DNA from: Eubacteriales bacterium
GTDB taxonomy: Bacteria; Bacillota; Clostridia; Oscillospirales; CAG-272
Direction: 5' to 3'
Assembly: GCA_045580165.1 (NCBI GenBank)
Contig: JAZNNG010000059.1
Coordinates: 6,941 to 70,940, forward strand
Length of the DNA stretch: 64,000 nt
Part shown: piece after piece, positions 1-9,654 of the stretch
How the letters are laid out: each line of letters begins with the position of its first letter
Numbering within the stretch: position 1 is the stretch's first letter
Notes under the pieces: model-generated
The model's input: only the letters and a program-made list of their open reading frames with translations
Told to the model about the DNA's origin: nothing
The model's database searches: none
Made by a program: the position numbers and the translations under genes

Positions 1-400
1 ACCTGAGCGCCCTTCTGCCTATTTCGTATATTCTGCGGTCACCGTCATAAGCGTTTGGCATCTTATGCACCTCTCCGCCGAACACGGGTATCAGGAGCTT
101 TCCCGAATAAACCTCAAGCGCCATGTGAAGATATCCTGCAATACCAACGGGAAACACCGACGTCACGAAGCGCGAATCAACGTACGCAACGGTTTCCGCA
201 TCAAGTATTCTCGCCCCGATAGCGTCAAAGCTTCTCTTTTGAGCGCCTATCACGAGCCCTACCCTCTCGCCGCCGTTTGAGCCAAGCAGAAAATATCGGT
301 TTTCACCGCAATAGTCCTTCATGCCCGCAAGCCTTCCTCTTAACGTGAGAGAGGCGAATGAGGGATTCTTATAAAGAAGCTTGCCCGTCTTGTCGGTCAT
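1..400 (-). CDS. hypothetical protein, N-terminal part only (gene runs off left edge)
   Basis: Open minus-strand frame from ATG at 400 (alternative TTG at 463) to the window edge (MTDKTGKLLYKNPSF...). It is absent from the ORF track because it is truncated. Same direction as the upstream M50 gene. No family recognised. Confidence 0.4.
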   Translation of the reverse strand, partial: MTDKTGKLLYKNPSFASLTLRGRLAGMKDYCGENRYFLLGSNGGERVGLVIGAQKRSFDAIGARILDAETVAYVDSRFVTSVFPVGIAGYLHMALEVYSGKLLIPVFGGEVHKMPNAYDGDRRIYEIGRRALR

Positions 401-518
401 ACATACGGGTGCTCTTAATATATCAAGTCTTGTTCCTTCAAAAAATAAGCTGTCAAGTGCCAATGCCTTACCCCGTCCGTGTCTTTTTCTTATATTTTAC
501 ACCAAAACGGCGGTATCG

Positions 519-1013
519 TCAAGTGCGGCGCTTGCAGACTTTTGAAAACACCATATACAAAGCACTGATAAGAAGCCCCTCCCCCACGCCGTTCAAGGCG
601 AGGTAGACCGCAAATATCCACACCGCCGCCGTTATCACGGTGTCGGCGGCGCGTCGGGCGACGAACCTTCTTCGGTCACCGACACCGCATACGGCAAGAG
701 TAATATCAAAGAGCTCTCCGCCGTCAAGCATACTGAGTGGGAGCAGATTGAACAGTCCGTAAGCAAGGCAGGCGGAGGACAGCTCTCCGCAGTCTGCTAA
801 TATGTGGGCACAGGCAATATTGCACGCGCTCCCCGAAAGGCTTACCGCCGCCTCCTTCAGGTATGATGCGAGTCCGTATTTTGCCTCGATTCCAATACCG
901 AACGTGCCAAGCCTCATTCGCGCCGTTTTTATACCGAAAAGCCGCATAACGAGCAAATGCGCCGCCTCGTGAGTGAGCACGGCGAAAAGCACCGAGGCTA
1001 TATACGGTATCAA
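519..1013 (-). CDS. site-2 protease family (peptidase M50) membrane metalloprotease, short form
   Basis: HEAAH (HExxH) in the first hydrophobic helix and FNLLPLSMLDGG (NxxPxxxLDG) as the second S2P motif. Multi-TM. Its ATG overlaps the stop of the upstream ORF. Confidence 0.8.
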   Translation of the reverse strand: MIPYIASVLFAVLTHEAAHLLVMRLFGIKTARMRLGTFGIGIEAKYGLASYLKEAAVSLSGSACNIACAHILADCGELSSACLAYGLFNLLPLSMLDGGELFDITLAVCGVGDRRRFVARRAADTVITAAVWIFAVYLALNGVGEGLLISALYMVFSKVCKRRT

Positions 1014-1297
1014 TTTATGTCCGATGCCGCCGCGGTCTGCGGCGGTACAAGAACGGGCGGCAGGACCTCGCAGGGCTCATTCTTGACGGGAGCCGCTTCG
1101 TGCGACAGGTTAAGTATATGCTCCGCGCTGACCGAGGTAACGGCGGACGGTGCGTCAGAGTACATATTAAACACCTCTCTCACGCTCACACCGTAATCCT
1201 CGCTCGGAAGTCCCGTGTCGCCCCCGTATTTAAATATCACCGCCGACAGTATAAACAACACCGCGCACCCGAGCGCCGATCTTACTCTTTTGTTCAA
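1010..1297 (-). CDS. small membrane-anchored protein translationally coupled to the M50 protease
   Basis: TTG start 5 nt downstream of an AAGGAGGTG Shine-Dalgarno. N-terminal hydrophobic anchor. Stop overlaps the protease start. Confidence 0.55.
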   Translation of the reverse strand: MNKRVRSALGCAVLFILSAVIFKYGGDTGLPSEDYGVSVREVFNMYSDAPSAVTSVSAEHILNLSHEAAPVKNEPCEVLPPVLVPPQTAAASDIN

Positions 1298-1362
1298 GCC
1301 AACACCTCCTTTTGCCCACTATATCTCTATTCGCACGGCAAGGTCAAATATTCCCCATATTA

Positions 1363-1391
1363 TTGACTTTTGACGGCGGCTAATATATAAT
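1363..1391 (+). promoter_or_regulatory. sigma-A-type promoter upstream of the alpha-galactosidase gene
   Basis: TTGACT (1363-1368), 17-nt spacer, TATAAT (1386-1391). Confidence 0.45.
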
Positions 1392-1428
1392 ATACGGTAG
1401 AAAACTTTACGAGAGGAAGTAACCCCCT

Positions 1429-3618
1429 ATGTCAGTAATTTTTGACTCCAAAAGCAATTCGTTCAAGCTTGACACACCAAATACAAGCTACGTCATACAG
1501 ATAGCCGAGGGCGGTTATATCCTTCACCGCTATTACGGCGCGACAATAGACGACACGGACCTTTCTTATCTCGATGACAAGACGGTATACGGCTCGTTCC
1601 ATCCCAAGTCTCCCGATACGGGACGTCAGCTTGAGTCATCTATGCTCGAGTACAGCGCGTACGGCATCGGCGACTTCCGCACGAGCTCACTTATGGTGCG
1701 TGCGGCAGACGGCACGGCGACAACCGACATCCGTTATGTTTCTCACAAAATATACAAGGGAAAGCCCGTGCTTGAAGGACTCCCGTCTACGTATGCAGAC
1801 GAAAACGAAGCCGAAACACTCGAGCTTGTTGCACTCGATGCTCTCACGGGCGTTGAGCTCACGCTCATATACACGGCGTTTGAAAGCTACGACGCCATCA
1901 CGCGCAGCGTAAGGGTCGAAAACAAGTCCGACAAGGCGGTAAGCCTTGAGAGAATTATGAGTGGCGGCGTTGACCTGCCATCCTCCGACTACGATCTTAT
2001 TCATCTTTGGGGTCACTGGGCAAAGGAAAGAACTCCCGAGCGCACACACTTAAGACACGGCAAGCAGTCGATAGAAAGCCTCAGAGTTTCGTCCTCTCAC
2101 ATGCACAATCCCTTTGCGGCACTCGTTTCTCCGAATGCCGACGAGGAGGTCGGAGAGGCTTACGGCTTCAACCTCGTTTACAGCGGCAACTTCGTTATCG
2201 AGGCTGAGGTAGACTACCTCTCGAAAACAAGAATTATCGCGGGCATCAACCCCACCGACTTTGCGTGGAGACTTGAGCCCGAAAAAACGTTTACAGCCCC
2301 CGAGCTTGTTATGGTTTATTCCGCCGAGGGTATCGGCAAGATGAGCCGCACCTTCCACAAGCTCTACACAAACAACCTATGCAGAAAGGAATGGAAGGGC
2401 ATCAAGCGCCCCATTCTCGTCAACAACTGGGAGGGCACTTATTTCGATTTTGACGACGAAAAGCTTTACAGCATCGCCAAGGATGCGGCAGAGCTCGGAA
2501 TCGAGATGTTCGTGCTTGACGACGGCTGGTTCGGCGACGACAGAAACATCGATATCGGTTGGCTCGGCGATTGGTACGTTAACAAGAAGAAGTTAAAGAG
2601 GGGTCTTCCCGACCTTGTAAGCAAGGTACACGCGCTGGGTCTCAAGTTCGGTCTTTGGTTCGAGCCCGAAATGATCTCCCCCATCGGCAAGCTCTACGAG
2701 GCTCACCCCGAATGGTGTCTGCACGTTAACGGAAGAAAGAACTCACCTGCGCGCGACCAGTTTGTTCTCGACTACTCGAGAGCAGACGTGCGCGACTACA
2801 TAGTTAATATAATCTCGAATCTTATTGACGAGGCGGGATTTGAGTACATCAAGTGGGACTTCAACCGCAATATGACAGAGCTCGGAAGCGACCTGCTCAC
2901 ACCCGAGGAAATGCCCGGTCTTTGCCACAGATACGTTCTCGGTCTTTACGAGGTGCTTGACCGCATACTCAAGAAGTATCCGAGCCTTCTCATCGAGGGC
3001 TGCTCGGGCGGCGGCGGACGCTTTGACGCAGGTATTCTCTACTACGCTCCACAGATATGGACGAGTGACGATACCGACGCCATCGAGCGTATTGACATTC
3101 AGTACGGCACCTCCTTCGTTTACCCCGCGTCTGCGATGAGCGCTCACCTTTCAGCCTCACCCAACCACCAGACTCGCAGAGACACAAGCTTCAAGACACG
3201 CGGTATTGTCGCTATGGGCGGTAACTTCGGCTACGAGCTTGACCTCAATATGCTCACACCCGAGGAAAAGGAAATGGTAAAGGCGCAGATCGCCGACTAC
3301 AACAAGTACCAGAAGCTCGTACAGTACGGTGACCTTTACAGACTCGTGAGCCCGTTCAAGAACCGTTACTTCAGCGCGTGGGAATACGTGTCCGACGACA
3401 AGTCCGAGGCACTCTTCACCTTCGTGGTGATGCGCCGCGAGATCTACTCGGGCAACTATTACATAAAGCTCCGCGGTCTTGACGCAAAGAAGAAATATCT
3501 CTCAAGCGCCGACGGAAAAACATATTCCGGCTCGACTCTTATGAATGCGGGCGTTAACCTCACAAACGAGCATTTTGACGGCGAAAGCCTTATCATTCAC
3601 TTCACCGAGGTGAAATAA
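1429..3618 (+). CDS. alpha-galactosidase, glycoside hydrolase family 36
   Basis: 729 aa. The N-terminus SNSFKLDTPNTSYVIQI... is typical of AgaA-type GH36. KWDFNR and CSGGGGRFD catalytic-region signatures are present. Confidence 0.93.
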   Translation: MSVIFDSKSNSFKLDTPNTSYVIQIAEGGYILHRYYGATIDDTDLSYLDDKTVYGSFHPKSPDTGRQLESSMLEYSAYGIGDFRTSSLMVRAADGTATTDIRYVSHKIYKGKPVLEGLPSTYADENEAETLELVALDALTGVELTLIYTAFESYDAITRSVRVENKSDKAVSLERIMSGGVDLPSSDYDLIHLWGHWAKERTPERTHLRHGKQSIESLRVSSSHMHNPFAALVSPNADEEVGEAYGFNLVYSGNFVIEAEVDYLSKTRIIAGINPTDFAWRLEPEKTFTAPELVMVYSAEGIGKMSRTFHKLYTNNLCRKEWKGIKRPILVNNWEGTYFDFDDEKLYSIAKDAAELGIEMFVLDDGWFGDDRNIDIGWLGDWYVNKKKLKRGLPDLVSKVHALGLKFGLWFEPEMISPIGKLYEAHPEWCLHVNGRKNSPARDQFVLDYSRADVRDYIVNIISNLIDEAGFEYIKWDFNRNMTELGSDLLTPEEMPGLCHRYVLGLYEVLDRILKKYPSLLIEGCSGGGGRFDAGILYYAPQIWTSDDTDAIERIDIQYGTSFVYPASAMSAHLSASPNHQTRRDTSFKTRGIVAMGGNFGYELDLNMLTPEEKEMVKAQIADYNKYQKLVQYGDLYRLVSPFKNRYFSAWEYVSDDKSEALFTFVVMRREIYSGNYYIKLRGLDAKKKYLSSADGKTYSGSTLMNAGVNLTNEHFDGESLIIHFTEVK

Positions 3619-3650
3619 TCACCGCCGTTTGCGGCGAATTGGAGAACACA

Positions 3651-4502
3651 ATGCAAAATCCAACAAAAAATATACTTGCTATTCACGACCTTTCCTGCTT
3701 CGGAAGATGCGCGCTGACCGTAGTGATGCCGACTCTTTCGGCTATGGGTCACCAGGTAACACCTCTGCCGACCGCTTTGCTTTCTACTCACACGGGCGGC
3801 TTTGAGGATATGGAGTTTTCCGACCTGTCGGACACCCTGAAGCCAAGCTTTGACCATATGGTCAAGTCCGGCGCACAATTTGACGCGGTCTACTCGGGCT
3901 TTCTCGGAAGCGCGGGGCAGATAGATACGGTTACATATATAATAAAGCAGAATCCTGACGCACTCATTTTAGTCGACCCCGTTATGGGTGACGACGGTGT
4001 GCTCTATCAGACCTACACCGAGGAAATGAAAAACCGTATGTGCGAGCTTTGCCACCTTGCGACAGTCATTACCCCCAATATCACCGAAGCGCATTTTCTG
4101 CTCGGTGAAGAGGACGTAAAGCCAAGCTTTGACTCGAAAAGCGAGGCGGTAGCGGCGGCGCTGGACCTGATTTCAAGATTATATAATGAGTACAAGACCC
4201 CAAGCATTGCAATAACGGGGATCGAGTACGTGGAAAACGGTAAACGATACATCTGTACGGCGACCTGTACCGATGGAGCTCATAGCTTTATCGAAAAAGA
4301 GTATGCAGGCACGGGTTATCCCGGCACGGGCGACCTTTTTGCAAGCGTTTTGCTCGGAAAGCTGCTTGACGGTCATCAGTTCAAGCAAAGCGCCGAGCTT
4401 GCCGCCGATTTCGTTCGCGAGACCGTTAACGAGACGTTTGCGGCAGGCACTCCCGTGAGAAACGGAGTTCTGCTTGAGAGAAACCTCAAAAATCTTATGT
4501 AA
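3651..4502 (+). CDS. pdxK: pyridoxal/pyridoxamine kinase (PfkB/ribokinase superfamily)
   Basis: ILAIHDLSCFGRCALTVVMPTLSAMG... is a PdxK/PdxY-type N-terminus and a C-terminal GTGD motif is present. ATG at 3651 follows a GGAGA SD; the ORF track starts at an upstream TTG (3639). Confidence 0.8.
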   Translation: MQNPTKNILAIHDLSCFGRCALTVVMPTLSAMGHQVTPLPTALLSTHTGGFEDMEFSDLSDTLKPSFDHMVKSGAQFDAVYSGFLGSAGQIDTVTYIIKQNPDALILVDPVMGDDGVLYQTYTEEMKNRMCELCHLATVITPNITEAHFLLGEEDVKPSFDSKSEAVAAALDLISRLYNEYKTPSIAITGIEYVENGKRYICTATCTDGAHSFIEKEYAGTGYPGTGDLFASVLLGKLLDGHQFKQSAELAADFVRETVNETFAAGTPVRNGVLLERNLKNLM

Positions 4503-4565
4503 GCATAGCCGAGCGCATTTCGGCATACACTTTAACACTACAAAAACGCTATTGGAGACAGTCAG

Positions 4566-5066
4566 ATGACAGAGATCACAACCGAACAGATAAACGAAAA
4601 TATATTCAAGCTTATTGGTAAGGACTGGATGCTCATAACCGCAAAAAAGCCCGACGGCAGCTTCAACACAATGACTGCAAGCTGGGGCGGCGCGGGAGTT
4701 TTGTGGAACAGGAACGTTTGCTTCGTGTTCATAAGACCGCAGAGATATACATACGAATTCACCGAGGAGACAGACGAGTTTACGCTGAGCTTCTACCCCG
4801 AGGAGAAGCGCGCGGCGCTCACACTTTGCGGACGCAAAAGCGGACGCGATTTCGACAAGGTGCGTGAAGCGGGACTTATTCCGTGTGAGCTTGACGGCAC
4901 CGTGTATTTTGAGGGCGCAAAGCTCGTAATGAAGGTAAGAAAGCTTTATAAGACTCAGCTTGACAAGGCAGAGTTTATTGACACCGGCATTATTCCCTCG
5001 TGTTATCCGTCGGAAGATTACCACTACGTCTATATTTGTGAAATTCAAAAGGTTATATCAGAATAA
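4566..5066 (+). CDS. flavin reductase-like FMN-binding split-barrel protein
   Basis: 166 aa with NTMTASWGG...FIRPQRYTYEF, characteristic of the flavin reductase-like domain family. GGAGA SD. Confidence 0.7.
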   Translation: MTEITTEQINENIFKLIGKDWMLITAKKPDGSFNTMTASWGGAGVLWNRNVCFVFIRPQRYTYEFTEETDEFTLSFYPEEKRAALTLCGRKSGRDFDKVREAGLIPCELDGTVYFEGAKLVMKVRKLYKTQLDKAEFIDTGIIPSCYPSEDYHYVYICEIQKVISE

Positions 5067-5071
5067 TATCG

Positions 5072-5100
5072 GCACCCTGCGTGAAGCAGGGTGCTTTTTT
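5072..5100 (+). terminator. rho-independent terminator
   Basis: GCACCCTGC-GTGAA-GCAGGGTGC stem-loop followed by TTTTTT. Confidence 0.85.
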
Positions 5101-5178
5101 GTAGCTTGAAATGTTCACAAAATCGGTGTATAATAAAGTAGCAAAAGCCATTTTATTCTCACAAAAACGGAGATTATT

Positions 5179-7740
5179 ATGAAAAAGAACGCTATAAAAC
5201 GCGAAATTATAATTATGCTTTCGGTCGCTTTGGCGGCAGCTCTGCTATCCGTTTTGATCTCGGCAGAGAGCACGGGTATCACGTTCGACACGATTGAGAT
5301 AAGCCGAGAAAAGGACTCGCTGAGGCTTGACATTTCGGTAGACGCCGAGCTTGTTGACGAGTACAAGGGGCAGGACCTTTACCTCTTTGAGCTTCGTCCC
5401 GAAAATACGCCCGAGGATATAAGCTCCCTAACGCCATCGCTCATCGGGCAGATAAATAAAAAGGTTGTTGTGGCAAACCTCGATTTCACGAGAGCAAAGC
5501 TTTATTCCTCTTACGTCGTGGCGGTAAAGGCTGACGACGGCAGATTTACGGTGCTTTCCGAGCGCGGGTACATCACAAACCCCGAGGCGCTTGCGGAAAA
5601 CACAAGCCCATTCCCCAAGAAAGCCACCAAGAAGGGGCTTTGCACCCATATCGGCTCGGACGCACAGTATCTCGGCGCGGCGCATACTACTATCAGCATA
5701 GACTTAAACGAGTATATGAGCGTCTCGTACACCCCAAACTCGATCACCTACATAAACGGCGGTCAGACCTTCTACTTTCTCCTTGACCGAATAAACGCAC
5801 TTGACCACAAGATAAAGGTGCTTACAGAATCGGGAATGAACGTATATCTTAATATCGTTCTCGGCAAGGACAACGGAAGCGGTCTTTCGTCGGTGTTTCC
5901 TCTTTGCTCGGGCTCGGACGCCTCGTTCTACTCAATAAACACGGACACGGTATCGTCCGTTAAATACTTCACCGCGTTTTGCGAGTTTATTACCTCGCGC
6001 TATTCCAAGGACTCGACTCACGGCTTCGTCCCCGGCTACATTCTCGGCTACGAGGTGGATTCGGTAAACTGGAACTATGCAGGCGACATTTCATTCGAGG
6101 ATTACGTAAAAAGCTTTGAAAACGCGTACAGAATTCTGTATAGCGCCGCAAGGTCGGTGTTCTCGGGCGCAGAGGTGTACGTTTCTGTTTCCAACGTTTT
6201 CAACACGTCGGATGATACCACATACTCGTACGGCTACAAGGCGTTCCTTGACCGCTTTGCCAAATCGGTAAGACTCCACGGCGACATAGACTGGTCTCTC
6301 GCAGTAAATCCCTACCCCTCCGACCCCACCAACACGGAGTTCTGGACGGACGAGCGCGCCACCGATTCGCTTGACACCGAGTTTGTCACTATGAAAAACC
6401 TCGGAGTATTAAGTGATTATATGAACGCCGAGGCTATGACCTTCGACGGTCGAACACGCGGTATCATAATTTCCGAATTCGGTATTAACGGAAATTATGA
6501 CGATGCAAAAAACAACGACTGTCAGGCGGCGGCTTACGCTCTCGCGTATGCGATAGTTGACAAAAACCCCGACATCGACGCATTCATTTACTACCGTCAG
6601 ATAGACTTCCCCACCGAAAACGCAAAGCTCGGTCTGTGGACCTCACTCCCCTCCGCCTCCCTCTCGCCCGTAAACAAAAAGGCGATATACAATATTTTCA
6701 GGAACGTTGACACGGAGGCGTATGCCGAGGGACTCGGTATGGCAAGAGCATTCTGCCCCGAGGAGATATACAACGCTTATTCCGAAAATTACTCTCCCAA
6801 GCCTAAAAGATACGTTTACGAAAGCATACCCGTGGTGAAATCCGACATCCGTCCCACCTATAAGGAGACCACACTTTTCGACCTTACTCTCGGAAGCGCA
6901 GACGGCTTTTATCCGGCAAACTCCTGCTCGTACGTGGAGCTTCGCCAGATAAGCGCAGACTCCCCCAAAACCAGCCTTTACGCAAAAATGAATCCCGTAT
7001 CATATAATACTTATATGGGTATATCAAGAGTGCTTGACGATAGCAAACGCATCGACGGAAGCTTTATGAGCGTCCGCTTCACGGCGGTCACTCCGACGGA
7101 CGAAACGGTCAACGTGATGCTCAGGCTTGACGGATACGAAAACGGTATTCCTGTATCCTTTGAGGGTGTCGTGCAGACCAATTCCAACACCGACACCGAG
7201 CTTACCTTCAAGATAGCGGACTTCGTCAAGAAAACCGACGGGGACATACGCACAATCAAGCTTTGGTTCAAGCCATCGTCGGCGGCCCTCTCGGACGGTG
7301 AATACGGTCTGTGGCTCGTGGGCATCACCCAGCACAAAAAGACGGGACTTGACGCTTTCTTAAACGTTTTTATCACGGTCATATCGGTACTACTCGCAGT
7401 AGCGGTCATAGTCTTGGTAATCATCGCAGCCAAGAACCGCGCGGTAAACAGCAGAATCAAGGCCTTCTTTGGCAAAAAGCGCTCGCAGCTCATTGGATTT
7501 TTGAAAAACAAGAAAATAATTTCAAGAAGACGTGCGCGCCGCAAGGGCGCAAGACAGACTCCCCCGAAGAACACGGAGCAGGTGAAAAGACCGCCGCAAA
7601 GTACACCCGCACAGCGTCAGGGAGCCGCAAAAAGGTCTCCCGTTACGCACGGTAATGCAAGTTCAGCTTCAGCAAACTTGCAAAATCGCAGACCGCCGCA
7701 AAATTCAAACGGCGGAAACTCCACAAATTTTACCGAATAA
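5179..7740 (+). CDS. exported glycoside-hydrolase-like (TIM-barrel-like, DUF5722-type resemblance) protein with C-terminal TM anchor and basic tail
   Basis: 853 aa. N-terminal signal/anchor, large hydrophilic body, one C-terminal TM (FITVISVLLAVAVIVLVIIAA), then an R/K/P/Q-rich tail. GGAGA SD. The family call is from memory only. Confidence 0.7.
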   Translation: MKKNAIKREIIIMLSVALAAALLSVLISAESTGITFDTIEISREKDSLRLDISVDAELVDEYKGQDLYLFELRPENTPEDISSLTPSLIGQINKKVVVANLDFTRAKLYSSYVVAVKADDGRFTVLSERGYITNPEALAENTSPFPKKATKKGLCTHIGSDAQYLGAAHTTISIDLNEYMSVSYTPNSITYINGGQTFYFLLDRINALDHKIKVLTESGMNVYLNIVLGKDNGSGLSSVFPLCSGSDASFYSINTDTVSSVKYFTAFCEFITSRYSKDSTHGFVPGYILGYEVDSVNWNYAGDISFEDYVKSFENAYRILYSAARSVFSGAEVYVSVSNVFNTSDDTTYSYGYKAFLDRFAKSVRLHGDIDWSLAVNPYPSDPTNTEFWTDERATDSLDTEFVTMKNLGVLSDYMNAEAMTFDGRTRGIIISEFGINGNYDDAKNNDCQAAAYALAYAIVDKNPDIDAFIYYRQIDFPTENAKLGLWTSLPSASLSPVNKKAIYNIFRNVDTEAYAEGLGMARAFCPEEIYNAYSENYSPKPKRYVYESIPVVKSDIRPTYKETTLFDLTLGSADGFYPANSCSYVELRQISADSPKTSLYAKMNPVSYNTYMGISRVLDDSKRIDGSFMSVRFTAVTPTDETVNVMLRLDGYENGIPVSFEGVVQTNSNTDTELTFKIADFVKKTDGDIRTIKLWFKPSSAALSDGEYGLWLVGITQHKKTGLDAFLNVFITVISVLLAVAVIVLVIIAAKNRAVNSRIKAFFGKKRSQLIGFLKNKKIISRRRARRKGARQTPPKNTEQVKRPPQSTPAQRQGAAKRSPVTHGNASSASANLQNRRPPQNSNGGNSTNFTE

Positions 7741-7851
7741 TTCAACATTTTAACCGCTTTTAACAAAAACTTTCTTCCAAATTTTGAATTTTCGTGTATT
7801 TTTATCTTGCATTTTGCCAAAACTAAGAGTATAATAGTTAATAGTTTAAAA

Positions 7852-7886
7852 ATAATGCAACGGTCAATTCAAGACCGTTGCATTAT
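7852..7886 (+). other. perfect 14-bp stem hairpin between the 853-aa gene and the aminotransferase gene
   Basis: ATAATGCAACGGTC-AATTCAA-GACCGTTGCATTAT. It lies downstream of a TTGCAT-17-TATAAT promoter-like pair (7807-7835) and is followed by only a moderately U-rich tract. Confidence 0.5.
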
Positions 7887-7913
7887 CTCTTGATTTATTA
7901 TAAGGAATTTATT

Positions 7914-9188
7914 ATGAACTACACTGCTCTTTCAAAGGACGTCGCAAAAAAGGAATACGACGCACTTCTTGCAAAATACGAGGAATACAAATCACGCGGA
8001 CTTAAGCTCGATATGTCCAGAGGTAAGCCCGGACGCGACCAGCTCGACATAACTATGGATATGCTCGACGCTCTGAGCGTTGACGACTGCGTGAGCGAGG
8101 CAGGCTTCGACTGCCGCAACTACGGCCTTCTCGACGGCGTGCCCGAGGCAAAGAGACTTTTCTCCGAGCTTCTCGGAATAAAGGAAGAACGCATTCTCGT
8201 TGCAGGCAACTCAAGCCTCAATCTTATGTATGATGCCGTTTCGCGTGCAATGCTCTACGGAATCGACGGAAACACCCCGTGGTCAAAGCAGGGTGCCGTC
8301 AAGTTTCTCTGCCCTGCACCCGGTTACGACAGACATTTCGCTATATGCCAGTCGCTCGGCATTGAAATGATAACAGTTCCGATGACAGAAAACGGTCCCG
8401 ATATGGACGTTGTGGAAAAGCTCGTCAGCACCGACAGCTCAGTCAAGGGTATTTGGTGCGTGCCGAAGTTCTCAAATCCCGGCGGTATCGTATATTCGGA
8501 CGACACCGTAAAGCGCTTTGCCGCGCTCAAGCCCGCGGCTTCCGACTTCCGCATTTTCTGGGACAATGCGTACGCGGTTCACGATTTTGACGTCGACCGT
8601 CCCGTAAAGCTTCTCAACATTTTTGACGAGGCTGACAAGTATGGAAATACTGACCTCATATACTGCTTCGCTTCAACGTCAAAGATATCCTTCCCCGGCT
8701 CGGGCGTTGCGATAATGGCGGCAAGCGAAAAGAATCTCGCTGAAGCAAAAAAGGTTATGACGGTACAGACCATCGGCTTTGACAAGATAAATATGCTCCG
8801 TCACGTCAAGTACTTCAAGAACGCAGACGGCGTATACAGCAAAATGCGTGAGCACGCAAAAATTATAAAGCCCAAGTTCGATGCGGTTCTTGAAACGCTC
8901 GACCGTGAGCTCTCGGGGCTTGGAATCGCAAGGTGGAACTCTCCCCTCGGCGGCTACTTCATAAGTCTTGACGCGCTTCCCGGTACAGCCAAGAGAATAC
9001 ACGCTCTTATGAGCGCGCTCGGCGTTACCCTCACTCCCGCAGGCGCGACCTTCCCCTACGGACTTGACCCCGAGGACAAGAATCTCCGTATAGCCCCCAC
9101 CTTCCCCCCGATAAACGAGCTTATCGCGGCAAGCGAGATACTTTGCCTTTGCACAAAGCTCGCGGCTCTTGAAAAGCTTTACTTCTGA
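7914..9188 (+). CDS. class I/II PLP-dependent aminotransferase
   Basis: MSRGKPGRDQLD N-terminal motif and a STSKISFPGSG PLP-lysine region. ATG at 7914 follows an AAGGA SD; the ORF-track start at 7878 lies inside the hairpin. Confidence 0.85.
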   Translation: MNYTALSKDVAKKEYDALLAKYEEYKSRGLKLDMSRGKPGRDQLDITMDMLDALSVDDCVSEAGFDCRNYGLLDGVPEAKRLFSELLGIKEERILVAGNSSLNLMYDAVSRAMLYGIDGNTPWSKQGAVKFLCPAPGYDRHFAICQSLGIEMITVPMTENGPDMDVVEKLVSTDSSVKGIWCVPKFSNPGGIVYSDDTVKRFAALKPAASDFRIFWDNAYAVHDFDVDRPVKLLNIFDEADKYGNTDLIYCFASTSKISFPGSGVAIMAASEKNLAEAKKVMTVQTIGFDKINMLRHVKYFKNADGVYSKMREHAKIIKPKFDAVLETLDRELSGLGIARWNSPLGGYFISLDALPGTAKRIHALMSALGVTLTPAGATFPYGLDPEDKNLRIAPTFPPINELIAASEILCLCTKLAALEKLYF

Positions 9189-9197
9189 CCTATACAG

Positions 9198-9228
9198 GCA
9201 GACGGTGTTCGCCACCGTCTGCTTTTTT
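9198..9228 (+). terminator. rho-independent terminator
   Basis: GCAGACGGTG-TTCGC-CACCGTCTGC followed by TTTTTT. Confidence 0.85.
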
Positions 9229-9238
9229 ATAAAAACTA

Positions 9239-9267
9239 TTGACAAAAGCCCTGCGCGGTGATATAAT
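9239..9267 (+). promoter_or_regulatory. sigma-A promoter of the T-box leader
   Basis: TTGACA (9239-9244), 17-nt spacer, TATAAT (9262-9267). Confidence 0.7.
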
Positions 9268-9284
9268 ACAGGCAAACAGAAACC

Positions 9285-9551
9285 TATGATTAAGAATAGT
9301 AGTCGAGGATTTGATGCTCAAAGAGAGCCGCGGACGGTGAGATCGCGGCAGCAGATGCCACGGTGAATGGACTTATGAGGGCGACCGAAAGCAAAAGCGA
9401 GTAGCAGTCGACGGCAGGCTCCCGTTACAGAGTTATCCGTATGAACGTACGGAGTAAGCGGATGATTTTTTCATCAAGACAGGTGGCACCGCGGATAAAG
9501 TTATTTTATTCGTCCTTGACAAGCAAAGCTTTGTCAGGGATATTTTTGTTT
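9285..9551 (+). promoter_or_regulatory. T-box riboswitch leader, tryptophan specifier (UGG)
   Basis: Stem I carries AGAGAG and GGTGAGA elements. The specifier-loop GAA-TGG-A has TGG at 9368-9370. A CCGTTAC F-box-like element is present. The T-box core AGGTGGCACCGCG is at 9481-9493. The terminator TCCTTGACAA...TTGTCAGGGA plus a U-run is at 9513-9551. Confidence 0.85.
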
Positions 9552-9654
9552 ACAGGAAGGTAAAGATAATGGTGCTGCTAACAGGACGATGGCGACTCTT
9601 ATAATAATTTTTGAAGCTTAACGGATCATACATAATTATTTGGAGGAAAACACA

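Noticed and set aside
4179-5048. 289-aa minus-strand ORF
   Set aside because: It is entirely antisense to two well-supported genes (pdxK and the flavin reductase-like gene). It has no SD and a low-complexity, odd composition. It is a typical shadow ORF.
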